64,000 nt of DNA from Schmidtea polychroa (taxonomy: Eukaryota): contig CM097885.1 of the NCBI GenBank assembly GCA_044892525.1, forward strand, positions 27,096,001 through 27,160,000, read 5' to 3'. Positions 1 through 19,271 of this stretch are shown here, piece after piece. A program made the position numbers and the translations under genes. The notes under the pieces were generated by a model that saw only the letters and a list, made by a program, of their open reading frames with translations, had not been told where the DNA came from and did no database searches. How positions within the stretch are numbered: the stretch's first letter is position 1; every line of letters starts with the position of its first letter.

Positions 1-450
1 TTTATTAACCATGATATTTTTTGGCTTGATATCCAAATGATAAATGCCTTTCTCTGTCAACTTTTGAATGGCTATTATTACATTTCGTACTATTTTCTTT
101 ATTGAACTTTCAGGTCGTTTCTTCGCCATAATGTATTCATGCAATTCAATCCATTTGCCTGTCAAATGTTCCATAACAATTGCAAATTCTTTATCATTTT
201 GGAAATAACGAAGAATTTTTGGACAAATTTCATCATCATTGATTAATTGGATAAAATGCATTTCAAGCGGAATCGGGCATGAATAATCTGGACTTTTTGT
301 GAATAGGTTAACTTTATATTTGTAATAACTTTTTATGACTACAGTTTTGTTTTTGTAAATTTCTCTAAGATAGTTTTCTGCGACATATATTGTACTTTTC
401 TTTGATGAAAGGAGCGTTTTAATGTATTTGTAATTATCAGAAATAATCAT
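1..450 (-). CDS. Ser/Thr protein kinase, PIM-like, N-terminal part (runs off the window)
   Basis: Manual translation from ATG 450 stays open to base 1: MIISDNYKYIKTL...VVIKSY...PIPLEMHF...FAIVMEH...GIYHLDIKPKNIMVNK. It shows the beta3 Lys, alphaC Glu and HxDxKPxN catalytic loop. Confidence 0.8.
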   Translation of the reverse strand, partial: MIISDNYKYIKTLLSSKKSTIYVAENYLREIYKNKTVVIKSYYKYKVNLFTKSPDYSCPIPLEMHFIQLINDDEICPKILRYFQNDKEFAIVMEHLTGKWIELHEYIMAKKRPESSIKKIVRNVIIAIQKLTEKGIYHLDIKPKNIMVNK

Positions 451-941
451 ATTTAATCGCTTTAATAATTGTTTTAATAATATCTTGTTGGCCTTTCAAA
501 TAATGATATATTTTATTTATTTTGTATTTATATCGCATATGATTGGATAGATTAATAAAATAAATAAATAATTTAATATGTAATGACAATAGAAACTTTT
601 TATATTATAATTTGATCGGGACATTGGAGTAAATTGCTCATTCTGATCTGTGCCTCATAGGAACGGATTGTATCATTTTTGTTTATGCATAAATCCAACT
701 ATTTGCGTCTGTACACTCACCCTACAGGCATGCCAAAGAAAAGACAATCGAAATCGAACAGCTTGAGAAGACTGATTATGGTTATTTGAGAAATAATTAA
801 GATTATATCAAAAGATTTCACTACAAATGTCTAAAAAAAGATATTTTCAGGAAAATATGAATGATTTTGTGTTTAAATAAATAAATATGTTGGTGGTGAC
901 AGTGAAAATAAACATCAATTATTGATCCGAATTTATAGCAG

Positions 942-1921
942 TGTTGAGGATACCTAAATAATAATTCATAAAGAAATAAATAAAATTACCTGGGGGAAGA
1001 TCGCCATGACAAACGGGACGATCTATAGAGACTTAGAAAAGAAAACGGAAGTGAAAAGAAACCAAAAATGAGAAAGAGAAAAGAAATAAAAGTTATCAAA
1101 CAGGAAAATAAAAATCAAGGTCAGTACTAATTAATTAGTACAAAAAGGAAAAAGGAATTTTGAAATCAGGGAAAAAGGAAAACAACAATATCCTTATCTC
1201 GACAGCTTGCCGGTGATATTAGAATTGATGGGAGAAGGCGGTCGAACAAGAAAGAAAAAAGGGGAAAACAACTTGACAGCTGTCAGAGATAAAAATAGGA
1301 CAGTCGGGGAAAGCAGGAGATGGAAAGTGGAAAAACACTTAATTATCTGGAGTGCCACAAGCAAAACAACTATATAAAGAAAATTGGTGGACGAGAAATC
1401 AGAACAGATTGGGAATAGATTCAGAACAGATTCGGAACAGATTCAGAACAGATTGGGAACAGATTCAGAACAGATTGGGAACAGATTCAGAACAGATTTA
1501 GAGGCAAAAGTGGAGTAAAATTAGAGACGATAGAGTAAAAAGAGGAATCAAAGCAGAGTGACAAGAGAAGTGACAAGAATCCTTTATAAAATTGAATATA
1601 AAGTAAAAGTGGAGTAAATAAGTTGTGTAGTCAAAGCAAATAGAACAATCGATCAATATATTCTGTAATTGAGTCGTTGACGGCTAGTGATTATTGTTGT
1701 GGTTACAGAAAGGGCTATTCTTCACGTAGTGTCGAAATAAGCTCTGTGTGGTAAATTGGTCTATAGTCAATTGGTTGTAATTGAAATTTGTACTATTACG
1801 TGTGGATATTAATAAAGCTTATTGTGTTCGAGAGTGTTGAATTGCGAATTAATAAACACGCTTTGGAGCCAGATTAAAGGTTTGAATTTACAAATATTGT
1901 CACCAACTATATAACCCAACA
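942..1921 (+). mobile_element. Solo LTR (family B, copy 1)
   Basis: TGTTGAGG...CCCAACA ends, 4-bp TSD GCAG (938-941 and 1922-1925), AATAAA near the 3' end, and homology to 18438-19271. Confidence 0.85.
1401..1500 (+). repeat. 11-bp tandem repeat AACAGATT(CAG/GGG) inside the solo LTR
   Basis: About 9 units visible; absent from the second LTR copy. Confidence 0.85.
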
Positions 1922-1927
1922 GCAGTT

Positions 1928-2700
1928 AGTAGAGAGAAGTGTGCTCCATGACTCATCGTTTTTTGTCATTTTTTTGCACTACCCCCCCCCCCCCCCCGAT
2001 GACTCAGCGCAAAACAAGACATATGACTCATCGATGACTCATCCATAGCAACAGCGGTAACTGGGTCAAGGTTATATGACTCATCCATAGCAACCGTGGT
2101 AACCACGGTAACTAGGTCAAGGTCATTCTATTTTTAGTAACTAGGTCAAGGTCATTCTATTTTTAGTAACAATGTCACGTGACGTCATCGATGACTCATC
2201 AAGGTCATTCTATTTTTAGTAACTAGGTCAAGGTCATTCTATTTTTAGTAACTAGGTCAAGGTCATTCTATTTTTAGTAACAAGGTCATATGACTCATCA
2301 TTTTTGGAACAAAGCCAACTGACTCATTATTAAAGTATGTATGACTCATCATTTTTTAAACAAAGACATATTTAATATTTAAATAAATACATTTAAACAA
2401 ATATTTAAATAAATACATTTAAACAAATATTTAAATAAATACATTTAAACAAAAATTTAAATAAATACATTTAAACAAATATTTAAATAAATATATTTAA
2501 ACAAATATTTAAACAAAGACATTTAATCAAATATTTAAGTACATTTAAACAAAGACATATAGACAAAGACTCATCGATGACTCATAGTTTAGATAGGGGG
2601 TTTCTTTTTTTTGCATACCCCCCCCCCTTGTATGACTCATCGATGACTTTTTTGAACAAAGACCAATCATTTATTTTTAAAAGAAAGACTCATCACACGA
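1928..2700. repeat. Left terminal/subterminal repeat region of the Maverick (mirror at ~16430-17198)
   Basis: Repeated TGACTCA, AGTAACTAGGTCAAGGTCATTCTATTTTT units and TTTAAATAAATACATTTAAACAAATA units. Confidence 0.85.
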
Positions 2701-2740
2701 CTCTAATTTTTAGAAGACTTCTTTTTTGGTAAACCAAAAT

Positions 2741-5848
<3,108 letters not shown>

Positions 5849-6760
5849 AATATCGTCACAGTCATGATGTGTAGCACTGTTACAAAAGGTTGGATATTTA
5901 TAACCTATAAAATAAGTAAAATAGTATTATTATAAAAATTATTATTATTATTATTATTATCAAAATTATTATTATTTATTATTACTATATAATCTGAGTT
6001 TATACGACAAAATATTCTGTCCCTCCCTTGCTCATAAGTGTATTATATTTAAATTTATTTTAATTAAATAAAAACATATTCATTTTCTTTATAAAAATTA
6101 ATTTCATTATTTGTTTCATAACAAAATTGACTTCATACATTTTCTTTATAACAAAATTGACTTCATATTAATTTAAAAAATCATAATAATTTAAAGTAAA
6201 TTAATTTAAAAATCATAATAATTTAAAGCATATTAATTTTAAAATTTTAAAAAACCTACATTTAGGTTTCTTGCACGCGAGATTGTGTACAGCATTATTT
6301 ACTAAAAAATCATAATAATAATAATAATTTAAAAATTAAATTTACCATAATTTCCGGAAACATTATTTTCAATTCCATTACTTGCTGAAAAATTATAAGT
6401 TCCCGAAACATTATTTTCATTAATGTAGACTAAAATATAAATAAAAATAAAAACATATTAAAAAAAAAAATTACCCATACGATTTCTTCGAATCATTTCC
6501 TTGATTTCATTTGAAATATTTTGCATTTTGAATAAATGAAAAAGAATTACAAAAACATAGATTATATATGTAACGTTTATCCAATCAAAATGCAGATAGG
6601 ATAGAAAAAATTAACGCACACATATTCATGTCTTTGTTTAAAAAAGAATGAGTCATCGATGACTCACATAGTAACAAATAATGTCTTTGTTACTCACATA
6701 AAGACATGCAATACAAGTGCATGAAATTTGTTGATATGAATAATAAAATTAATTAATAAT

Positions 6761-6841
<81 letters not shown>

Positions 6842-6863
6842 CTTGTGACATTTAATACATTTA

Positions 6864-7248
6864 TTAAACAAAATTATACATTGATAACAACCATGCAAGG
6901 CAATGTTGGCCACAAGTAATTGAAAATGGATTTTGATACCGAGTTCGATTATATACAATAGGTTTACCAATAGTTTGCAATTTACTAATTAATAAATTTG
7001 GGTAATAATATCCAAAGGGATCGAATGCATATACTCGGTTTGGTTTCACATATACAGCAATCCAATGTTCACCTCCTAAACTAGATGTATGAGTATTGAC
7101 GATTATGGCTTGATTATTTCTCAAATATGGAATTTTATCCAGTGGATAAACTCCAAGAAATTCGTTTCCCAATAATTGAGTACCAATTCGAGACACCTGA
7201 ATAAAACTAATCAATAAGTTAAATTATAAAATAAAAATCTTACTCCAT
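6864..7248 (-). CDS. Adenain-like (C5) cysteine protease, left copy
   Basis: IVNT...GEHW, FDPFG and QNPFSITCGQHC give the His/Asp/Gln/Cys set. The start at ATG 7248 depends on a predicted 37-bp intron. Confidence 0.9.
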
Positions 7249-7278
7249 AAAAAACTTTAATCTTTTAAATTTCTTCAT

Positions 7279-8505
7279 TTATACTAGTACAGTTCGATTT
7301 GCAGTAATTTGGATTTCATTTTCAAAAACCCCATAGATTATTACATGGACTGGTTCAGTAGTTGCTTTACCGAACTTAATATCCAATCTCAAATTGCCAC
7401 TTTGAGGTAATTGACTTTGATTTAAATCAAAATCTGGAGCCAGAACAAATGTGAAAAATGGATAGAATGTTTTGAATTCTTCCAGACTTATACCACAATT
7501 AAGATTTTTATCCAAATATCCTAAATTTCTGACAAGACTTTGCATATATGAAGTACAATAATTATCATTATCAAAATCTTGAGTATAAGTTTCTCGATAA
7601 TCAGTATTTTTCGATAATGAAAGAGAAGTTACACTAAAGTGTTTGAATTTTGATGAAGATGATTCATAAGATCCGTTATATTGAGCTTCACTTTGAAAAG
7701 TTACAAGGATAAAATTAGGCATTCTTCGATCTCCAAATATTTGCTCCTTGTAAAAAGATGATGCTCCTTTAGCAATTGCAAATGATACAATTTCTTTTGT
7801 TTTTATCGGATAAATTGCATGTTTGGTATTTAATCCAATTTGATGTCCCGCTAATACAGACGATTCACATCGAACTCTTCGAACCATTAATTTGGCATCG
7901 AGTAATATTAATTTAGGTGCTGCACCTGCAACTCCAGTTGATAATGACAATGCAGAATCAGATCTTTTCAATCTCATATGTACATTAACACCTGGTAGTA
8001 AATATTTGGGTTGATCCATAAAATCCAATTGTAGAGATGAACACATGTTGAAAGTTTTTGAGCCTTTAATCCACTTTTTTCGATCATCAGATACACCATA
8101 TCCCATTGGAGTTAGACAAGTATCTTTAGTATCATTATTATAATTTAAAATAGTTTCGATAATTGCCTTGTGAGCATATGTATTGTTTCCACCCTCAATT
8201 TTAATGTTATTAAATCCAAGAATAACATCTTTAAAGAGAGTATGAAACAAGAAATTATTAGGTTCAGTTGTATCATCTGCAGCTAATGCTTTATTGTCTT
8301 TATCTACAACTTTTATTTGAACATACAACAAAGTATCGTTCAAATCTAAATATTCTGTTTGAGAACCATTAATGTAAAATTCCACATCATTTCTACTATC
8401 GGTAATAGAATTCATTGGAAATACATCTTCAAATGCTCCATATTCGATAACCGCCTGAGGCGATGGTCGATCAAATAGACATAATTCAGATTTACCGCAA
8501 ATCAT
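7279..8505 (-). CDS. Maverick major capsid protein (double jelly roll)
   Basis: 408-aa intact ORF with Polinton MCP-like motifs: KSELCLF, YLDLNDTLLYV, QPKYLLPGV, GNLRLDIKF, IIYGVFENEIQI. Confidence 0.88.
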   Translation of the reverse strand: MICGKSELCLFDRPSPQAVIEYGAFEDVFPMNSITDSRNDVEFYINGSQTEYLDLNDTLLYVQIKVVDKDNKALAADDTTEPNNFLFHTLFKDVILGFNNIKIEGGNNTYAHKAIIETILNYNNDTKDTCLTPMGYGVSDDRKKWIKGSKTFNMCSSLQLDFMDQPKYLLPGVNVHMRLKRSDSALSLSTGVAGAAPKLILLDAKLMVRRVRCESSVLAGHQIGLNTKHAIYPIKTKEIVSFAIAKGASSFYKEQIFGDRRMPNFILVTFQSEAQYNGSYESSSSKFKHFSVTSLSLSKNTDYRETYTQDFDNDNYCTSYMQSLVRNLGYLDKNLNCGISLEEFKTFYPFFTFVLAPDFDLNQSQLPQSGNLRLDIKFGKATTEPVHVIIYGVFENEIQITANRTVLV

Positions 8506-8891
8506 TCTTCAAATATGGTTCCGTGTCCTTTCATTCGTTTGTTTATATGCCTTCTCCCTCTCTTGCGTTTAGTTCCCATACTTGTTTTAATTTCACTTTC
8601 AAATTTACGTTTTACTGGTACCAGTGCTGGTTCAGTTTTAAACATACCAGGTATTACTTTACTTATTTCAGCAATTGCATTTGATTTCAACGATGGTAAT
8701 ATTTTCTTGTCATTCATAATTACATCTTTTGCAGTTTTCATACCGAAATTACCAATACGTTTAAGAATTGGTAACGCAAATCTACCAATTGTTCTCAACC
8801 ACCCACTTCCGTACTGTTTACCAACAAAATATGGTAATTCGCCACCACTTTGGCTACCACTATACATACTAATAATATCAGAATTAGCCAT
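8502..8891 (-). CDS. Maverick core / membrane-active protein (pVI/pVII-like)
   Basis: Gly-rich QSGG and QYGSG motifs, an amphipathic segment WLRTIGRFALPILKRIG and a basic tail KRKRGRR. Lies between penton and MCP. Confidence 0.7.
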   Translation of the reverse strand: MANSDIISMYSGSQSGGELPYFVGKQYGSGWLRTIGRFALPILKRIGNFGMKTAKDVIMNDKKILPSLKSNAIAEISKVIPGMFKTEPALVPVKRKFESEIKTSMGTKRKRGRRHINKRMKGHGTIFEE

Positions 8892-9146
8892 CTACTTTAC
8901 GAAAATGTAGTGTCAAATGAGTTTTTGAATCTTTTGCAAATTCGATTAATTGACCAGAATCATCTCTTATATTTATTTCTATATTGTTTATACAGGATGT
9001 TGAAACAGGCAAATACATGGGATTTTCTACATTGATTTGTACAACATCATCTTGTTCATGTTTCTCAACCCAAATAGATTTCAATAGAGGAACCAAAGAA
9101 TCACCAACAATTATGGGTTCAATAATATTAGTATAGAGAAACATTT
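8884..9146 (-). pseudogene. Minor capsid (penton) C-terminal fragment
   Basis: FLYTNIIEPIIVGDSLVPLLK...NPMYLPV...IEINIRDDSGQLIEF...LTLHFRK. The N-terminus is replaced by unrelated repeat DNA. Confidence 0.8.
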
Positions 9147-9318
9147 GATGATGAAGTTTAATTAGCATATATTTGAACATCACATAATAAAAACTCATTA
9201 ATTTAAAATACTGCAACGTAAAATACTGCGTAATAAATGATACTGAATCGCTCTATAATAATAATAATAATAATAATAATATTAGTTTGAAAAATAATAA
9301 TATGACATTGATATTATT

Positions 9319-9379
<61 letters not shown>

Positions 9380-9443
9380 TGAAAAATAATAATATAACAT
9401 TGATATTAATAATTATAATAATAATAATAATAATAATAATAAT

Positions 9444-9495
<52 letters not shown>

Positions 9496-9968
9496 TTAAT
9501 ATTAATACCCTTGTGAGATATTGCATGTGAGCTGTACCTTGTGTGAAAATGTGTTTAAGTTTTAAAATACCGCAACGTAATATATTTTTGTTCTACCACT
9601 TAATTGATCAGAATTTATACCCTTTGAGACATGTTGAGTGTGAGCTTGTGGTAATAATAATGATAAACTAAGAGTATTTATATAATAATCACATATTAAG
9701 CATATACGTCCGTGTTAAAAAAGGAATGTGTAATATATGTACAATGCACACACACATAGATTTTTCATAAATTTTAAAGAAATTTGATAAAATTTCATAT
9801 TTTTACACACACACACATAATAATTCTCTAGCCCATAACACACACAGATTTTTTTAAAGAAATTTACAAGATTTTTATAAAATTTATTATTTTTGCCTAT
9901 TGCACACACAATAATTATCTACCCCATAACTTGTGTGCGTGTAAATATTTGCAATAATAAATAATAAT

Positions 9969-10067
<99 letters not shown>

Positions 10068-10201
10068 TGATGAAAATGTTGAAAATGGTATCAAAATATA
10101 TTTAAGTTTTAAAATACCGCAACGCAATATATTTTTGTTCTACTCCTTAATTGATTGGTCAGAATTTATACCCTTTGAGAAATGTTGAGTGTGAGCTTGT
10201 G

Positions 10202-10312
<111 letters not shown>

Positions 10313-10479
10313 TTAATAATAATAATAATAATAATACCCTTGTGAGCAGTACACTTGCAACATGTTGAGTGTGAACATTACCCATAGGGGGACAAAATAT
10401 CTTGTCGGATAAACTCAGAGTATAATCACATATTAAGCATATATACCCGTGTTAAAATAAGCATGTGCAATACATGTAC

Positions 10480-11157
10480 AATTCACACAAAAACATAGAT
10501 TTTTCATAAATTTTAAAGAAATTTGATAAAATATTTTACACACACACACTCTACCCCATAACACACACATACACACACAGAAAACATAGATTTTTGAAAG
10601 AAATTTACATGTATTTGATAAAAGTTTTTTACACACACATACTCTACCCCATAGCACACACACACAGAAAACATAGATTTTTTAAAGAAATTTACATGAT
10701 TTTTATAAAATTTATTATTTGTACACAAATACACATATAATAATTCTCTAACCATAGCACACACATAGATTTTTGAAAGAAATCTACATGTATTTGATAA
10801 AAGTTTTTTACACACCCATAATAATTACCCATACCACACACACACACAGAGAAAACATAGATTTTTAAAGAAATTTACATGAATTTTATAAAATTTATTA
10901 TTTGTACACACATAAACCCATAATAATTCTCTAACCATAGCACTCACAGAAAACATAGATTTTTGAAAGAAATTTACATGTATTTGATAAAAGTTTTTTA
11001 CACACACACACATACTCTACTCTATAGCACACACACATAGATTTTTTAAAGAAATCTACATGTATTTGATAAAAGTTTTTTTACACACACATACTCTACC
11101 CCATAGCACACACACACAGAAAACATAGATTTTTTAAAGAAATTTACATGATTTTTA
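10480..11157. repeat. CA-rich degenerate tandem satellite forming the loop of the palindrome
   Basis: Repeated ACACACAGAAAACATAGATTTTTGAAAGAAATTTACATG...TAAAAGTTTTTTACAC units of about 80-90 bp. Confidence 0.85.
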
Positions 11158-11360
11158 TAAAATTTATGAAAAATCTATGTTTTTGTGTGAATTGTACATG
11201 TATTGCACATGCTTATTTTAACACGGGTATATATGCTTAATATGTGATTATACTCTGAGTTTATCCGACAAGATATTTTGTCCCCCTATGGGTAATGTTC
11301 ACACTCAACATGTTGCAAGTGTACTGCTCACAAGGGTATTATTATTATTATTATTATTAA

Positions 11361-11441
<81 letters not shown>

Positions 11442-11575
11442 CACAAGCTCACACTCAACATTTCTCAAAGGGTATAAATTCTGACCAATCAATTAAGGAG
11501 TAGAACAAAAATATATTGCGTTGCGGTATTTTAAAACTTAAATATATTTTGATACCATTTTCAACATTTTCATCA

Positions 11576-11651
<76 letters not shown>

Positions 11652-11653
<2 letters not shown>

Positions 11654-11830
11654 TTCACATTTGTTCTGGCTCCAGATTTTGATTTAAATCAAAGTCAATT
11701 ACCTCAAAGTGGCAATTTGAGATTGGATATTAAGTTCGGTAAAGCAACTACTGAACCAGTCCATGTAATAATCTATGGGGTTTTTGAAAATGAAATCCAA
11801 ATTACTGCAAATCGAACTGTACTAGTATAA
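11652..11830 (+). pseudogene. 3' fragment of the major capsid gene (right arm)
   Basis: FTFVLAPDFDLNQ...ANRTVLV is identical to the C-terminus of 7279-8505 and is joined directly to (ATT)n. Confidence 0.9.
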
Positions 11831-11860
11831 ATGAAGAAATTTAAAAGATTAAAGTTTTTT

Positions 11861-12245
11861 ATGGAGTAAGATTTTTATTTTATAATTTAACTTATTGATT
11901 AGTTTTATTCAGGTGTCTCGAATTGGTACTCAATTATTGGGAAACGAATTTCTTGGAGTTTATCCACTGGATAAAATTCCATATTTGAGAAATAATCAAG
12001 CCATAATCGTCAATACTCATACATCTAGTTTAGGAGGTGAACATTGGATTGCTGTATATGTGAAACCAAACCGAGTATATGCATTCGATCCCTTTGGATA
12101 TTATTACCCAAATTTATTAATTAGTAAATTGCAAACTATTGGTAAACCTATTGTATATAATCGAACTCGGTATCAAAATCCATTTTCAATTACTTGTGGC
12201 CAACATTGCCTTGCATGGTTGTTATCAATGTATAATTTTGTTTAA
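11861..12245 (+). CDS. Adenain-like cysteine protease, right copy
   Basis: Same translation as the left copy. Predicted intron 11866-11902 (GTAAG...ATTAG) gives MDFIQVSRIG. Confidence 0.9.
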
Positions 12246-12267
12246 TAAATGTATTAAATGTCACAAG

Positions 12268-12354
<87 letters not shown>

Positions 12355-12588
12355 ATTATTAATTAATTTTATTATTCATATCAACAAATTTCATGCACTT
12401 GTATTGCATGTCTTTATGTGAGTAACAAAGACATTATTTGTTACTATGTGAGTCATCGATGACTCATTCTTTTTTAAACAAAGACATGAATATGTGTGCG
12501 TTAATTTTTTCTATCCTATCTGCATTTTGATTGGATAAACGTTACATATATAATCTATGTTTTTGTAATTCTTTTTCATTTATTCAAA

Positions 12589-16423
<3,835 letters not shown>

Positions 16424-17204
16424 AAATTAGAGTCGTGTGATGAGTCTTTCTTTTAAAAATAAATGATTGGTCTTTGTTCAAAAAAGTCATCGATGAGTCA
16501 TACAAGGGGGGGGGGTATGCAAAAAAAAGAAACCCCCTATCTAAACTATGAGTCATCGATGAGTCTTTGTCTATATGTCTTTGTTTAAATGTACTTAAAT
16601 ATTTGATTAAATGTCTTTGTTTAAATATTTGTTTAAATATATTTATTTAAATATTTGTTTAAATGTATTTATTTAAATTTTTGTTTAAATGTATTTATTT
16701 AAATATTTGTTTAAATGTATTTATTTAAATATTTGTTTAAATGTATTTATTTAAATATTAAATATGTCTTTGTTTAAAAAATGATGAGTCATACATACTT
16801 TAATAATGAGTCAGTTGGCTTTGTTCCAAAAATGATGAGTCATATGACCTTGTTACTAAAAATAGAATGACCTTGACCTAGTTACTAAAAATAGAATGAC
16901 CTTGACCTAGTTACTAAAAATAGAATGACCTTGATGAGTCATCGATGACGTCACGTGACATTGTTACTAAAAATAGAATGACCTTGACCTAGTTACTAAA
17001 AATAGAATGACCTTGACCTAGTTACCGTGGTTACCACGGTTGCTATGGATGAGTCATATAACCTTGACCCAGTTACCGCTGTTGCTATGGATGAGTCATC
17101 GATGAGTCATATGTCTTGTTTTGCGCTGAGTCATCGGGGGGGGGTAGTGCAAAAAAATGACAAAAAACGATGAGTCATGGAGCACACTTCTCTCTACTGC
17201 AGTT

Positions 17205-17880
17205 TATTGAATAACACAATCGATTACCAATTTAAAGCGACACAAAGAATTATCTGTTACAATGACAAATTGAGTGCTTATTACAACCCTTCGGGAGGAA
17301 TAGGACGTTTCAATACAACTTTGAACTTACAACCACTTCGCTACTGTTTCTGGTTTCAATGGTCGGTAAAATTTAGTTAGTTGCTTTCTTGGCTTTGACT
17401 AAAATTTATTCAAAAACTTTAACTTCTTAAATCGCTTCTCGGGTAATTTCGTAATTTACTTTGTGTTTCATTTGAATTTTTTTTCTACCTCTCTTTGCAA
17501 TTTCTATTTTCTTCTCTTTACAAATCCTGGCTTGTTTTCGTTTCTCACAACTGATTTCTTCACTTTCAACTCTGTTTTAATTCTAGTCATGTTATCTTTT
17601 ATAGTCCACAATCTTAAACATCTACATCGTGCTTTTCAGCTATATATAGAAAGGATTTGGCACATAGAGTAGGTGTTAAATTTGGCTCCGCAAAATCCCA
17701 CCAAAATAATAAACATCTAATGCCTGACATTTTATTGGTTATGATAAGTTTATTTTTAGTTTTCTATGTGCTGAAACTTCGTTGTTTGTCAGGAAATTAT
17801 TCTTTTTTCTGTGGTAGAGCCTAATATACAAACCAACGTCAAATGATAGAGAATCCCAAATAAACTTTCGCCACATATCA
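17205..17880 (-). mobile_element. Probable solo LTR (family A), interrupted; its 3' tip is at 888-941
   Basis: The reverse complement shares CTATTCCTC...GTTGTAATAAGCAC...TATTCAATAAA with LTR family B. It reads across the empty site to ...CACCAACA at 888. Possible TSD AATA (884-887 and 17881-17884). Confidence 0.55.
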
Positions 17881-18437
17881 AATAAGTCGAAATCAAGACG
17901 AAATAGTAGAAATCCTCATTTGTAGATGTTTATATCTTTAATTTAAGCGTTTATAATTATTTAGTGAGCGAGTTTTTCTCAAATTTATGACATCATTTTG
18001 GTGTCCTCTATGCCTTGGGGCGCCTCCACGGCCCGAACGATCGTCTTATTCTTAAGCTCCTTGAAACAAATCTGTTCAAAAGCAACTGATAAAAATGGAA
18101 AGAAATTTTCAGAAAAATTTCCACAGTCAATAAATATTGAGTTTTTGACATGAAAATTTCTACTAATAAAGATTTTTAGAGAGGTATAAAATAAATTTAA
18201 AACGAAAAAAAAATGAAAATAATCCAAGTAATATTTTTAAACCTACACCGATTTTCTAAGAAATAAAAATTGAAATAAAATTTGAAACAAAATAGAAAAT
18301 GTATATTTAATAAGTTAATTGTATTTTAATATAATAATTTGTCATTGTAATTAGTTTCTGTGAAGTATATGACCAAAGCATCAGTAAAAACGACATTGAA
18401 AAACAAAAGAAAATTACTGTATGTTAATATAATATAC

Positions 18438-19271
18438 TGTTGAGGATACCTAAATAACAATTTACAAAGAAATAAATAAAATTACCTGGGAAAGAAAGAC
18501 ATGCTTTAATAAAAACCAAGGTCAGTACAAATTAATTAGTACAAAAAGGAAAAGGAATTTTGAAATCGGGGAAAAAGGAAAACAACAATATCCTTATCTC
18601 GACAGCTTGCCAGTGATAAGAGAATTAATGGGAGAAGGCGGTCAAACAAAAAAAAGGAAAAAGGGAAAATAACTTGACAGCAGTCAGATATAAAAATGGG
18701 ACAGTCGGGGAAAGCAGAAGAAAGAAAATGAGAAAAACACTTGATTATCTGAAGTACCACAAATTGACAATGTATAAAAGGCAGAAGAAGCGGCAAAAGA
18801 AAAGATAGAGGAGAAAATTGAGAGAACTCGTGGGAGACTTGTATTAGTGAAAAACAGTTTTGAGAAAACAATTTAGAAGAAATATTTGAATCAAATTGAA
18901 GCAGAGAAACTAAAAAGAAAACATAAATAAAAGAGAATCAGCAAAGAGTTCATTCAGTTGATAATAGAGTAAAGTTAGACGAGTAAAGCCAAGTCAAAAT
19001 CAGAGAACATCCAGTTAAAATTACCAATTATTACACTCCTTAGTTGTGAGAGGTTTGACAAATCAAAGTTATACGAGTGTGCTATTCCTCACCATAGTGT
19101 TGTAATAAGCACGGTATAATAGTCAGCTTCTTGAGTCAATTGTATCATTGTGAAAATATTTGTGATATTCAATAAAGTTTCCAGTGTTAATTGTTATTTG
19201 TGTGGTTGTCAAAGACACGCTTGGAGTCAGAGTAAGAGTTCTAATTCTATCACCAACTCAATAACTCAACA
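18438..19271 (+). mobile_element. Solo LTR (family B, copy 2)
   Basis: TGTTGAG...CTCAACA inverted ends, 4-bp TSD ATAC on both sides, and homology to 942-1921. Confidence 0.9.

Noticed and set aside
10480..11157. CRISPR-like repeat-spacer array
   Set aside because: Degenerate tandem units without unique spacers, no cas genes, and a eukaryotic context.
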